From the NCBI GenBank assembly GCA_050273025.1, contig CP158635.1, positions 2,480,001 through 2,544,000 on the forward strand: DNA of 64,000 nt, in the 5' to 3' direction. The notes beneath the pieces were generated by a model that was not told the DNA's origin, searched no databases, and worked only from the letters and a program-made list of their open reading frames with translations. The translations under genes were made by a program, and so were the position numbers. Below, in pieces: positions 27,577 to 39,516 of the stretch. Numbering within the stretch: the stretch's first letter is position 1; every line of letters begins with the position of its first letter. The stretch is from Cenococcum geophilum. Taxonomy: Eukaryota.

Positions 27577-30500
27577 TATAACGGAACCTTATAGCAGGAA
27601 CTACGGTAGGCTCGTTATTAGGCTAGGTATATAGAAAATGCAAGTATAGGAGTTGACAACGTAATAATAACTAGTGGAGTGGTTGCCTAATAGATTAACT
27701 CTAATTATATTCTAAGAATTACTATAAGGAAGGAACTATCTAGGTAGGAACTAAGGGTCCTTAAATATATAACTGTACTCCTATAAAATCCTTCTTATAT
27801 ATAAGGTACGTAAGTCCCTCTTATTTCTCTTATTTAATACGTAGCATATTATATAACCTTAGTTACTATTCCTTATTATATAGCTCTATTAGCTCTATCC
27901 TAAACTATACTTATATTAACTAACTAGCTTCCTCTAACTTCTCTCTAAGTAGTTATAGTATTATACTTAAAGCGTCCATAACACTATCTCCCTCCTCTTT
28001 ATCTTTATCCTTAAAGATTCCTAATATCTTTAAGTTGTTTACTAGAGGTATAATATCCGTTTAATTAATTTAGTTAATATTATTACTTATTATACCTAAA
28101 GCAATTTCTTCTTTACACGCCTAACGTCGTGCTCGCACTATCGCTGCGATATTATCTCTTAGTAAAATTATACCATTTTTATATTCTCGCTGTTTAAAAG
28201 GGGGGTTAGTTTATATTACGTTAGTAAACCTATCTTCGCGATAACTGTCCTCTTATTTAGAGTGTACTAAAGCAAATATTTGTTTGTCCTGTAATATTTA
28301 CTCTACCTCTAATGCTAAATATACGCGACTTATTACTCCTAATAGTCGTCTAGTTCCCTAATTAATTTGTCTTAGGGTCTTATATTTAATCTACTACTAC
28401 GCGGCTAGATAGTAAACTATCTTAAGTCCTTACTAAGTTAAAACGTTCTTAGAATGCAGAATAGAAGGCCCTAGATACTCATATTACAGCATCTACTTAT
28501 TTACTCTATCTTAAGAAGGTTTATAAGAAGGTCCGCTTTAAGGAGTAAAAACTTATAAAATAGGGTCTATAGGAACTTAGTAATAAAAGAACGGATTCTC
28601 TTCTAATAGAGAAGGAAACAGATCTAAGTAGTTTAGCAACTACTCTTCTTAGGTCCCCCTTAGGTAACTTATTTTTTAGCAATCCTTTTTTATTAATACT
28701 ACCTAACCTAATCTCTTTTAATACTCCTATACCTTTCTTATAGCGTTCTTTAAATTCTCTAGTAGTTCCTAGGTAATCTTATTATAGCCTATTTACTTAA
28801 CCTTATACTATATTTTATCGTCAACGTCCTTATAACTAATGATTTTTAAAACTTACTATTTATCTTCTTCCTATCCTCTATATATATCTACTTCGTAGAC
28901 TAATAGCTTAATATTTCTATATGCTAGCTCTAGTATTATAATATACTATATAGGGTAGATCTTTATCTTAGCTAGTAGGTTTAACTTAAATATAACCGGT
29001 GAAATCCTTTACTTAATTTTAAAAGGTCCTAGTCTAACATAGTCTAATTTCTTACTTAGTTATTAACTCTTAAAATTTCTATATAGTAGCTATACTTTAT
29101 CTCCCTTCTTAAGATCTAGTCCCTTAGATCTCTTAGCATTATAATACCTTTTTATTCTCTCTTATACTTTCTTTACTAATTCCATAAGGTCTACATAAAA
29201 ATTCATTAACGTCTTCATTCTTTCTTTAGCTATGCTACTTATTTTCTTTACTTATTATAGTAATAACGATATTCTTAGCTTATATCCATAATTTGCCTTA
29301 AATAGTAATATGCCTATGCCTTCCTATAGTATTATATTGTATATAAACTATATAACTAGTAATAGCAATACCTAATTATTCTATATATAATTAATATAAT
29401 GCCTTAAATACTGCTCTAGTATCTAATTTAATCTTTCCGTTTAACTATCTGTCTGCGGATAATATATAGTAAAAGTTACTACTCTAACTCCTTATTCTGC
29501 TAAGAATACCTTCTAAAATACTACTATAAATCTCGGATCCCTATCTAATATAATCTTATTTAGTACTCCGTGTCTTATAAATACTTCTTTAATATAGATT
29601 TTAGTAATATCTTCCGCTAAGATTTCTTCTGTGCATACTATAAAGTATCCTTACTTTATAAGCTTATCTACTATTACTAAGATTACGTTATAATCTTATC
29701 CGGTAATAGAATCTCTTAACTTTAGTAACTTAATAATAAAGTCTTATAATATAACCTCCTATAGTCTTTCTAGTATTTTAATAGGTTGTAGCCCTCCATA
29801 TAGCTTATACCTTATTAGTTTATTTCTCTAGCAATCTAAACACTCCTTTATAACTTTTTGCACTAAGCCCTAAATTCCATTAATAATATACTCCTCCTAG
29901 AGTCTTAACACTAAGCCCATAGCTCTATTATGTCCTTAAGTTAATCCTTTATAGAATTCTTCCATAAATTGCTCTACTATGCTTTTTAGGATATACTTAG
30001 CTTCTCAATTCTTATATATATCCGTTTATAGATCTTCTAGCTATACCTCTAAAATTCTTTATACCTAAAAGCTTTTTAGTAACTCGTAAAGCTTATCTAG
30101 TTCTTCTTAAGTTGCTATAATCTTTAGATAGTTATATCTAATTAATCCGTCTATATCTTTTTACAGTAAAGCCCCTAATGGCTTCTTATTATTTTATAGT
30201 TTAGCCTTTTAACTTAAAGCGTCTACTTACGTGTTATCTATACCCTTAGTATACTAAATCTTAAAATAGTATTCTATAAGCATCTCTACCTATCTAACCT
30301 ATCTTTAGTTAAGTTCCTTTATTGTTAGGAATCCTATTAGGTTCTTATAATCCGTCTTAACTATAAATAGTTTTTCTATACCTTATAAGAATGCTCTTTA
30401 TTTCTTTAGTACTGTAACTATATCTAATAACTCCTTATTATAGATGTTATAGTTTAACTCTAGTAATATTATTTTCCGACTATAGTATACCACTAGGTGC

Positions 30501-33500
30501 TATTTATCTTAATATTTTTATATAAAGTATACCCCTAGTATATAGTCTAATGTATCCGTTTCTACAACTGTCTCTAAACCTAGTTAATAGATTTTAAAAA
30601 CTAGCTCCTAGGTAAACAACTTTTTAACTTTCTTAAATAATTCTTATTACTCCTCTCCCTATACCTATAGTTCTTTTTTCTTTATTAATCGCGTAAACAG
30701 CTTAATATTCTTTAACTATTATGCTATAAACCTTCTACAGTAATTGCAAAACCCTAGAAATAATCTTAACTATATAACGTTCTCTAGTTCTTACCAATTC
30801 ACTATAGCCTTAATCTTCTTTAAATCTATGCTAAGTTGGCCTAGTTTAATAATAAATCTAATAAAATCGGTCTTCCTAGTAAAGAACTTGCATTTTTTAA
30901 TTACTACTAGTATCTATTCTTCTTATAGTCTCCTTAAGACCCATTTAACGTATTCTCCGTGTTCTTCCTTAGTTATTAAGTAGATAATAATGTCGTTAAG
31001 GTATACTATAATAAATTCATCTAAGTATTCTCCTAATATATTGTTAATACGCTTCTAAAATATTACTAATGTGTTTATAAGCCTAAATTGTATAACTAAT
31101 AGTTTATATAGTCCTTTCTTTAACCTAAAGGCTGCCTTTTATTTATTGCCTTCCTTAATCCTAATCTAATAGTACGCCTATCTTAGATCTATCTTTATAA
31201 AGATTTACGCATTACTTATCCTATTTTAGATTTTACTAATTAAGGGTAAAAGATACCTATCCTTTCTAGTGATACTATTTAACTGTCTATAGTTAATATA
31301 CAGCCTTAGTTTACTATTCTTTTTTAATATAAATAGTACTAGATAACCCGCTAATAATTGCGATGGTCTAATATATCCCTTTTATAGGTTTTCCTAGACA
31401 AACTCTTTTAATACTCTCCCTTCTTTTTTAGTAAGCTTATAAATTGGAAAGAACCTTAAACTTATTTCTAGTTCTAATTCTATCTTATAGTCCTATACTG
31501 CATATTCTAATAGCTTTTTACTCTCTAGTAACTATAGTTTCTTACTATACTTATAGTATCTCTTTAGTATATAACTTAGTCCTTTCTCTATTTCTTTATA
31601 GGTTGCTCCCGCTTAGTACTATACTAACTTAGCCCATTATTATATCTTACGGCGTTAAGTATCTTTAATATTAACCTAACCTGTAATCTAATTAATCTTT
31701 AGATTATATTCTTATAACTAAGGTATTTCTAGTACTGCTTTATTATTTCCTAATAGTAATATATCGAAAGATATTTTAATTTATCTTCCTTTAATAATTA
31801 ACTAAATAGGTCCTGTTTTAAGATTAATAATCCCTCCTTTATAGGCTATTAGATCTCCTAAAATTGTAACTAATAGGTAAGGTTACTCCTTCTATCTATA
31901 AGGTAATCCTATTCTCTTAACTACTATTAATAAGATATGGTTTCGCGTTGCTCTACTATCTATTAGCGCTTTAAACTACTAATCTTACTATTTTACTTAT
32001 AAATTTAGGTGTTATCTTTAAATTCCTTTAAGGGTCTAAGGCTCTACTACTAGCTCCCTTTAGTTCTATAGGCCTCTACTTTTCTTAACTATTAGCTGCT
32101 TAATTCTATTACACTTAGCTTACTCTTTAGCTAATACCTAGTTCGTTTTTTATCTTTAATATACTATAAACACGTATTCTCTAGGCATTTCTACTACTAT
32201 TATCTATCTAAGCATTCTTCTATAAGGAATCTTTCTAGTTAAAGTATTAAGTCTCCTAACTCTTAAACTTCTACTAAATGCCAGCTATATATATACTTAG
32301 CATTTCTATATTATTACTTATCTATTATCCAATATATCCTTATAGGGTATTTTTAATTCTTTTCCTTTGGATTCTTATATATGTTATATATATCGTCCAC
32401 GCATACAATCCATAATAGTGTATAGTATGCTAGGTGCTTTAGGTTAACTCTTAGTTCGTCTTTATCCTTAAGTTTAAACCTCTATCGTATTAATCTAAAC
32501 ATTACGACTTTATTCGTAGGTACTAAGATACGCCTTTTACTTCTCTAGTCCTCTAATTATTCCTCTAGATCTTTTAACATTATAATTAAGGCCCCCTTAA
32601 TATAAGTTATAGCCTTTTCTATAATTAGGTAGTCCTAGATAACTTTCTTATCTAACTACATATAGAAATCTTCCTACTTATCATTATGCCTTTGCCTATA
32701 CCACTTTTAATATAGCTGCTAAAGTATATATGGCTTATCCGTAAGGAAGTATCTTCTTATTACTACGTTATAATAGCCCTTTATATATTGTTCTTTAAAT
32801 CTAGTAGGGATCCCTAAATCCTCTTCATTTTCTAATTTAGTAAGCTACTTAGCTCTTAATGTGCCTGCCCTAGGCCTATTAGTAATTCTTTATACTAGTG
32901 CTCTGTCCCTTATACGTTCTAATATACTAGATCTCTTATCTAGTTTCTATTCTTACTATACGATAATTCTTTGTCTAAACTCTTCTATAGTTTCTTTTAG
33001 TTTACGTCTCGCAGATAGATCCTTAAAGTTCTCTTACTTCTTAATCTTGGTATTAACTTTTTAATCTTTAGGCCGAATACTGCGTTCTCCTAGTAAGTCC
33101 TTTAGGTCTATATATCTGTCTCCTAGTCTAATTACTATTTATACTATAGATTCTCTAATCTATAAAGAAGCTTCTTACCTCTTATCTATAGGTGTCCTAA
33201 TTTATACTCTGAATTTTTAGTCCCTTAGATTCTTTAATCCTAAGCTTGCTTCTAACTTAAGCTTTACTTTAGCCTTAGTCCAATTAGGCTTACTTAGTAT
33301 TCTTATCTTATCTTAAGAGTCTTATACCTATAGGAAACTCTATCCTAAGCTTATTTATATATTACTAAACTAAGCTACTACTCTGCTCTATTAGTTATCG
33401 TCCATTATAGGTCCTTAAGCTTACCTTATTTCGTCTTAAGAATCTTAGTCGTCTCTTATCTCGTCTTAAGAATCTTAAGCCTTTAGCCTTTTACCTTTAT

Positions 33501-35478
33501 TAAGTGCTAAAGTAATTTACTGCCCTACTTCTCTTACGTCTTATAAAGCGATAGACATCGTGTCTAGTAGGGTCTCGATCCCTACTAATGTTCCCTATTC
33601 TATAGTAGAATTATCCTCTACCTTTTATATAATATCTCTAAGGTCTACTCACTCCTAGTAAGCGGCCCTTATTACCTTATCGTTATGAAATATTTCGCCT
33701 ATATTAAAGTTATTATCCTTAATATCCAATCTACGAACTGGTTTATTAGTTCCTCTATATCCTATAGGTACTAGCTCTTATAGCTAATAGCTTACGCCGT
33801 ACTTAGCGTCTTTATAAATTCAGCATGCGTTGTTATAATAAAACGCAAAATTTTTAATTAAATATTCCTTTATTCCTTATAGCACGTTATTATCCCTCTA
33901 TACGTATACATCGTCTGCTAATCTTGTTCCCTTTACTATATAGTAACTCTAACTACTTCTATAGTCTCTAATATAATAACCTTATTTTCCGCAATTTATA
34001 TAAGTTCCCTCTTTAAACCATTTCTCTTATTATAGAGTCCGCCTAAATATCTTTTACTGCTAAAATCCCTAGTTCGGCCTCTGCTCCTTAGACCTTTAAT
34101 TACTTAATCCTTATCCTCTAGGTTTTTACGGTTTCTTACTCTATCTTTTATAGGCTTCTTTAGTACTACTTAGGTTTATTAGCTCTGCGCTATACCATAG
34201 TTTTTAACTTAGCTTTAGTTATTATGTACTCTGCGCCTTATATAACTATAAAACTCTATCCTAGCCTCTCTTAGCCTATTCCCTTTAGTAGATCCAATTG
34301 TTAATCTTAATCACTTAATTTATTAGTTCCTATAGGGTGTCCGCATCTTCTATTAGGATAATCACGTCCTAGACTTTAGCCTTAAGTCCTTACTTATACT
34401 ATACTATAAGCGCCCTATTATTTTACTCTACTTATATTACTAACGTCTAGAACTATATTATATACTTAATTACTAAGGTTCGTTACGTAATATCTTAAAG
34501 TTTTCTTTCCGCTATAGTTATTGCCTCTAGGTCTTTAAACATTTACGTAAGTCGTTTTATAAATCTGTTTTAGCTTAAGAACATAAACCGTACTTCTTAG
34601 TTTATAGTCGTCATTCCATTTACTTAGATTTCCGTAAGGTAAGGCTTAAACTACTTAAGTGCTCTTCCTGTTAAGAACAATCCTACGTACGCTATTTAAT
34701 CCATAGGTGTTACCAGCTTTGCTCCTTCTTGCGCTACCTTAAAGTACATTTGCGTAAGGAATCCTTTAAGCTTTAATCTTTCTCCTAAGTATCTTTTAAT
34801 TAATAGTAACTTAACCTTTACTGCGCCTATCCCGTTAATCCTATTTTCCAACGTTATATTATTTTCTGTTAGCTAGTTAACTATCTTTTATAGCTGTCCA
34901 ACCGTTATAGGTTGCTATAAGTTAGTGTTTACCATACTAGTGTTATTACCTAACCTTAAAGTAGTTGCCGCCGTTAATGGCGTTATAGTGGCTGCTTTTA
35001 GTGGCATGTTATCCGACTTTCTGTATTTAATACTATAACTATAGTAGTAATTATATAACGGAACCTTATAGCAAAAACTACGGTAGGCTTATTATTAGGC
35101 TAGGTATATAGAAAATGCAAGTATAGGAGTTAATAACGTAATAATAACTGGTAGAGTGGTTGCCTAATAGATTAACTCTAATTATATTCTGAGAATTACT
35201 ATAAGGAAGGAACTATCTAGGTAGGGACTAAGGGTCCTTAAATACACAACCGTACCTCTATAAAATCCTTCTTATATATAATATACGTCTTATACGTAAG
35301 GTATATAAGTCCCTTTTATTCCTCTCATTTAATACGTAGCATATTATATAACCTTGGTTACTATTTCTCGTTACATAGCTCTATCGGCTCCATCCTAGAC
35401 TGTGCTTGCATTAACCAACTAGCTTCCTCCGACTCCTCTCTAAGTAGTCATAGCATTGTACTTAAAGCGTCCGTAATA
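27577..35478 (-). mobile_element. Pyret-like Gypsy copy A3, full length, RIP-inactivated
   Basis: LTRs 27577-27983 (18-bp deletion) and 35054-35478; TSD TCTAG (27572-27576, 35479-35483); gag ATG at 35007. Confidence 0.95.
28092..28706 (+). pseudogene. Antisense Cys-rich accessory gene of copy A3, with 55-nt intron 28321-28375
   Basis: deRIP MPKAISSSHAQRRARTIAAILSLGEIMP.(.)CSRC.KEGLVCVALANPSSRQPSSCSECTKANIRLSCDV....AE(W), intron, then a coiled-coil-like exon. Confidence 0.6.
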
Positions 35479-35941
35479 TCTAGGTAGTTTTGGATTATAA
35501 GGCCTTAAAATACTTTATAATAACCAAGGCCCTTACGGCCTAGTAAGCGCGCTAGGCAGACGTTCTATCCTAGTTTAACTTCCTAATTATATATAGGCTA
35601 GGCGCTACTAACTCTATAAACGCTTTTATAAGACGTAAATAGGACCTAAATAACTAAATATTTATAAAGATCTTATTATAGACCTAGGCACTACTATAAT
35701 TAGAGCACCTTAACCTTTAGATATAGGAAGAACTAAGTACTAAATCTTTAAGCGCCGAGATATATCCCATTAACCCTATAGAATTTAACCTTATTAATAA
35801 ACTACTGTAAGTAAACTATATGGACCCTTCTCTATAGGAATACCGTAAAAAGGTAAAGGATATTACTAGCCTATGGTCCCTTAAAAATGGACTACTTAAG
35901 TACTAGGAATAGCTAGTAGTAGCAAAGAAACGCAACTTATA

Positions 35942-37790
35942 ACGTAGTCGGTAAGCAAGTGGCCACCGCAAGCATGTGGCCACCCCCATCAAATTCGCGC
36001 AACACGCGACGCGTTATACAATTACAACCTCAATGGCCACCCCACAACAGCAAGACGCCCTTTTTCGAGAAGGCAGACTTAGTCTAGCTATTAATGCTTA
36101 CAAGTAAGGCCAGTTTTAAGCCCTCCAACCTGCCACAACAACATACGATGTGCCCCGAACGACAGCCAGGCGCCGCATTGCCGGTATTACACCAAAACGC
36201 GGTTCTATTGCATCAAATCGCCGCTTAACACCTGCACAAGAAGAGAGCCTTAAGCAGTGGATTCTATTAATGGATTAACGGGGTATGCCACCAAGAATCG
36301 CGATCGTACGGCAGATGGCTGGTATTCTAGCTACCCTACGCGCTGGGTCTGCCACCGTACAACCTATCGGCGAGAAATGGGTATACAATTTTGTTAAACG
36401 CCATAACGACCTAAAATCTAAATTTAATTGCAAGTATGATTACTAGCGTGCTAAATGCGAGGATCCTATGCTTATTCGGGGCTGGTTTAAACGCGTTTAA
36501 GACATAAAGATACTATATGGGATTCTTAATAAAGATACCTGGAATTTTGATGAGACTAGCTTCCAGATGGGCGTTATTGCAACTGCAAAAGTTATTACTG
36601 GAACCGACCGTGCTGGCCGGCCTAGAACGGTATAGCCAGGCAATTAAGAATGGGTTATAATCATTGAATATATTAATGTGTTGGGGGGTATAATTCCGCC
36701 ACTAGTTATCTTTAAAGCAGTAATGCACTAAGCTACTTAGTACGAGGACAATATTATTCCATATAACTGGTTAATTGGTGTTAGCGAGAACGGCTGGACG
36801 ATAAATAAGATTGGCCTAACCTGGCTAAATCTATTCCATAAGTATATAAAGGATCACACCTTTGGCACGCATCGGCTGCTTGTACTAGATGGCTACAATA
36901 GCCACATTAACCCCAAATTTAATCGGTTCTGCTTGGATTATAAGATTGTCGTTATCTGCATGCCGGCGCATTTATCGCATCTACTGCAGCCACTAGATGT
37001 GGGCTGTTTCTCAGCACTGAAGCAGGCCTACAGACGTAGTGTCGAACAGATTATAAGCCGCGGTGTTAACCATATCGATAAATGCGAATTCCTGCCACTA
37101 TATAGGCAGGCTAGGCAAATAGCGCTGCATCAAAATAATATACAGGCAGGATTTGCAGCTACTGGCCTTGTTCCATACAGCCCTGATCGCGTGCTATCGC
37201 AGCTGCATGCCGAATATCAGATACTACCCCGTTCACCATCGAATGTATCTTAGGCAGCTGAAACACCTTATAATATTGCTGAGCTACAGAAGCAGACAGC
37301 CTTACTAAAGCGCTATCTTAAGCAGCGTATATATAGCCTACCAAGTCTAACAGAACAAGCCCTTGGCCAGCTTGTTAAGGGGTGCGAAATGGCGATATTA
37401 AGTGCTGTGCTACTTGCAAGCGAAAATAAGAAGCTATATATGGAAAACCAGCGCCAGAAAAGGAAGAGGGCAAAGAAGCGCACGTATATAGCTAAAGGGG
37501 GTGTTTTATTAGGGGCAGAAGGGACCTCTCGTGCACAAGCTGCACGGGAGAAGGCAGCAGCGGTAGCAGCAGAGGCAGCAGCTGAGCGACCGCAACGAGC
37601 ACTACGTAAGTGCAGCATGTGCGAATCAATAGAACACACAGCACGTACGTGCCCTAGACGGCAGGCAACTAGCTAGTAGATAGCTACACTAAATACAATT
37701 ATTTGTGGTTGAGTAATTCGCATTATTTGGCATTGGTTGCTTGGTGGGGTGGCCACATGCTTGCGGTGGCCACTTGCTTACCGACTACGT
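35942..37790 (+). mobile_element. Fot1/Pot2-like pogo DNA transposon, 1849 bp, lightly RIPed
   Basis: ~45-bp TIRs acgtagtcggtaagcaagtggccaccgcaagcatgtggccacccc; TA TSD at 35940-35941 and 37791-37792. Confidence 0.97.
36033..37676 (+). pseudogene. pogo/Fot1 DDE transposase, 548 codons in one frame with RIP stops
   Basis: ATG 36033 in frame with ORFs 36933 and 37389; motifs WNFDET, LLVLDG, HLLQPLDVGCF and C-terminal CSMC...H..RTC. Confidence 0.93.
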
Positions 37791-39227
37791 TAAACTTAGC
37801 TTATTACTAAAGCATATACCTAGGCCTTTACGGCCTACCCTAAAAAAATAAAACCCGTAAGATTATTAGTGACCGTTACTACTAGCCTAGAATTGTTATA
37901 AATATTAACTATTATATACAAAACTATAGCAACTGCTATAGGTTTATAATTCCACGAGATAAGACCCTAGGACTATTAAAACCTCTCCTAATACCTGACC
38001 GCCCCTAGTAGTATATCTCTATAGACTTTTATAAGCTACCTATAGACTGCGACAGATATAATATAGTTATAATTTTAGTTAACTGCTTTAGCAAGCGCTT
38101 GTTCTTAATTCCCTATTATAAGAATATTAATGCTAAAGAGGCGGCCTAACTATATATCTACTATGTTTACCATATTTACGGACTACTAGATACTATTATA
38201 TTTAATTATAGCCCGTGATTTATATTAGCCTTCTAAAATAAGTTTACCCGGATCCTAGGTATTAGGCTAAAGCTCTTTATAGTATACTACCCCTAGATAG
38301 ACAGCTAGGCGGAGATTATAAATTAATATTTAGATTAAAGACTCCGGCCTTTTTTTAACTACTTTTAAAATAACTAGGGTAAATTACTACCCCTAGTAGA
38401 CTACGCCCAGGCGACCCTACCCTATAACTCTACGGGATTTGCACCTATCTAACTAGAAATAGGGTATTTACCCTAAATAAGCTTTAACTAGGATAGACTA
38501 AAAGGACCACAGACTATATACAAGAAACTGTCTTATAAGGAAGCCCAGCAGTACGCTAAGTGCTTAGAGGAAGTCTAGATAGTAGCCTATATAAATTTAA
38601 AAAAGGCCTAAAAATTAATAAAATAGCAGGTAAATAAGTATAGACGCGAACCTGACTTTACTATAGGCGATATAGTTTAGGTTATAATAAAGAACTAGAA
38701 GACGGAATAGCCTAGCTATAAGCTAGACTATTAGATAGCGGGACCGTATAAGGTCCTTAAAAAGATAGGTAACTTATATAAAGTAAAGCTCCTGGATTTA
38801 ATTAAGGTTTACTCTATTTTCTTACCGGATAAGCTACAGAAAGCTATAAACAACCTATTGCCTAGACAAAAGAACGAACCTCCCCTACCGATTTAAGTTA
38901 ATAGCGATAATAAATAGGAAATTAAAGAAATACTAGCCTATAAACTAGTAAGGAAAACGCTAAAGTACTGCGTTAGTTAAAAAGGCTATGACCTAGACCC
39001 TATCTAGTACCCTATATAGAACTTTATTAGCAGTCCCCATAAACTTTAAAAAATTCTATAGCCGTTACCCTAATAAACTAAGACCCCTAAAGTACCTAGA
39101 TAAGTAAATAGAGTACTAATATAGCGAAGATAATAGGCTACCGGAAGAATATAAAGATAAGAGCGCCCTATAGGAGTAATATAAACATATAAAGCCTAAG
39201 GGCAGGCTTTACTAAAGGGGGGGGTAA

Positions 39228-39516
39228 TGTTATAGCACTGGCAGAAAATGGCAGAACTAGGTTGGCAGAACTTGGTTAGCAGAACTTAGCAGAACTTAGT
39301 TAGCAGAACTTAGTAAAACTTCGCACTAGTAAGTTACCATAGATTGCTGTATATTGCGGTCACATGACGTAAAGATATTATAAAATATCGAGCGGCGCTG
39401 CTCTTCTTCTCCTTTCCTTTCCCTAGCTTTAGATTCTCGTTTATAGATAATCTAATTATATAGGCTTGCGTGTCCCTCTTACTGTGCTTATATCTCGATT
39501 AACTGAGTCGCTAACA
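39228..39516 (+). repeat. 3' LTR of family C with internal (g/a)gcagaactt tandem repeats (~39240-39322)
   Basis: TG...CA ends, directly after the G-rich PPT. Confidence 0.85.

Larger units (their letters stand above)
26475..39516 (+). mobile_element. 5'-truncated Gypsy chromovirus (family C) hosting copy A3 and a Fot1-like transposon
   Basis: RT from 26475 (GFIEPSQAPFASPILF; YLDD ~26933); RNase H continuous across TSD TCTAG; integrase ~37800-38600; chromodomain ~38915-39080; PPT 39214-39224; LTR 39228-39516 (tgttatag...ctaaca). Confidence 0.88.

Noticed and set aside
37313..37639. 108-aa minus-strand ORF
   Set aside because: Antisense shadow of the transposase C-terminus
39240..39322. Short repeats that could suggest a CRISPR-like array (also 1990-2200 and 13780-13843)
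   Set aside because: No unique spacers, eukaryotic context, and all lie inside TE sequence
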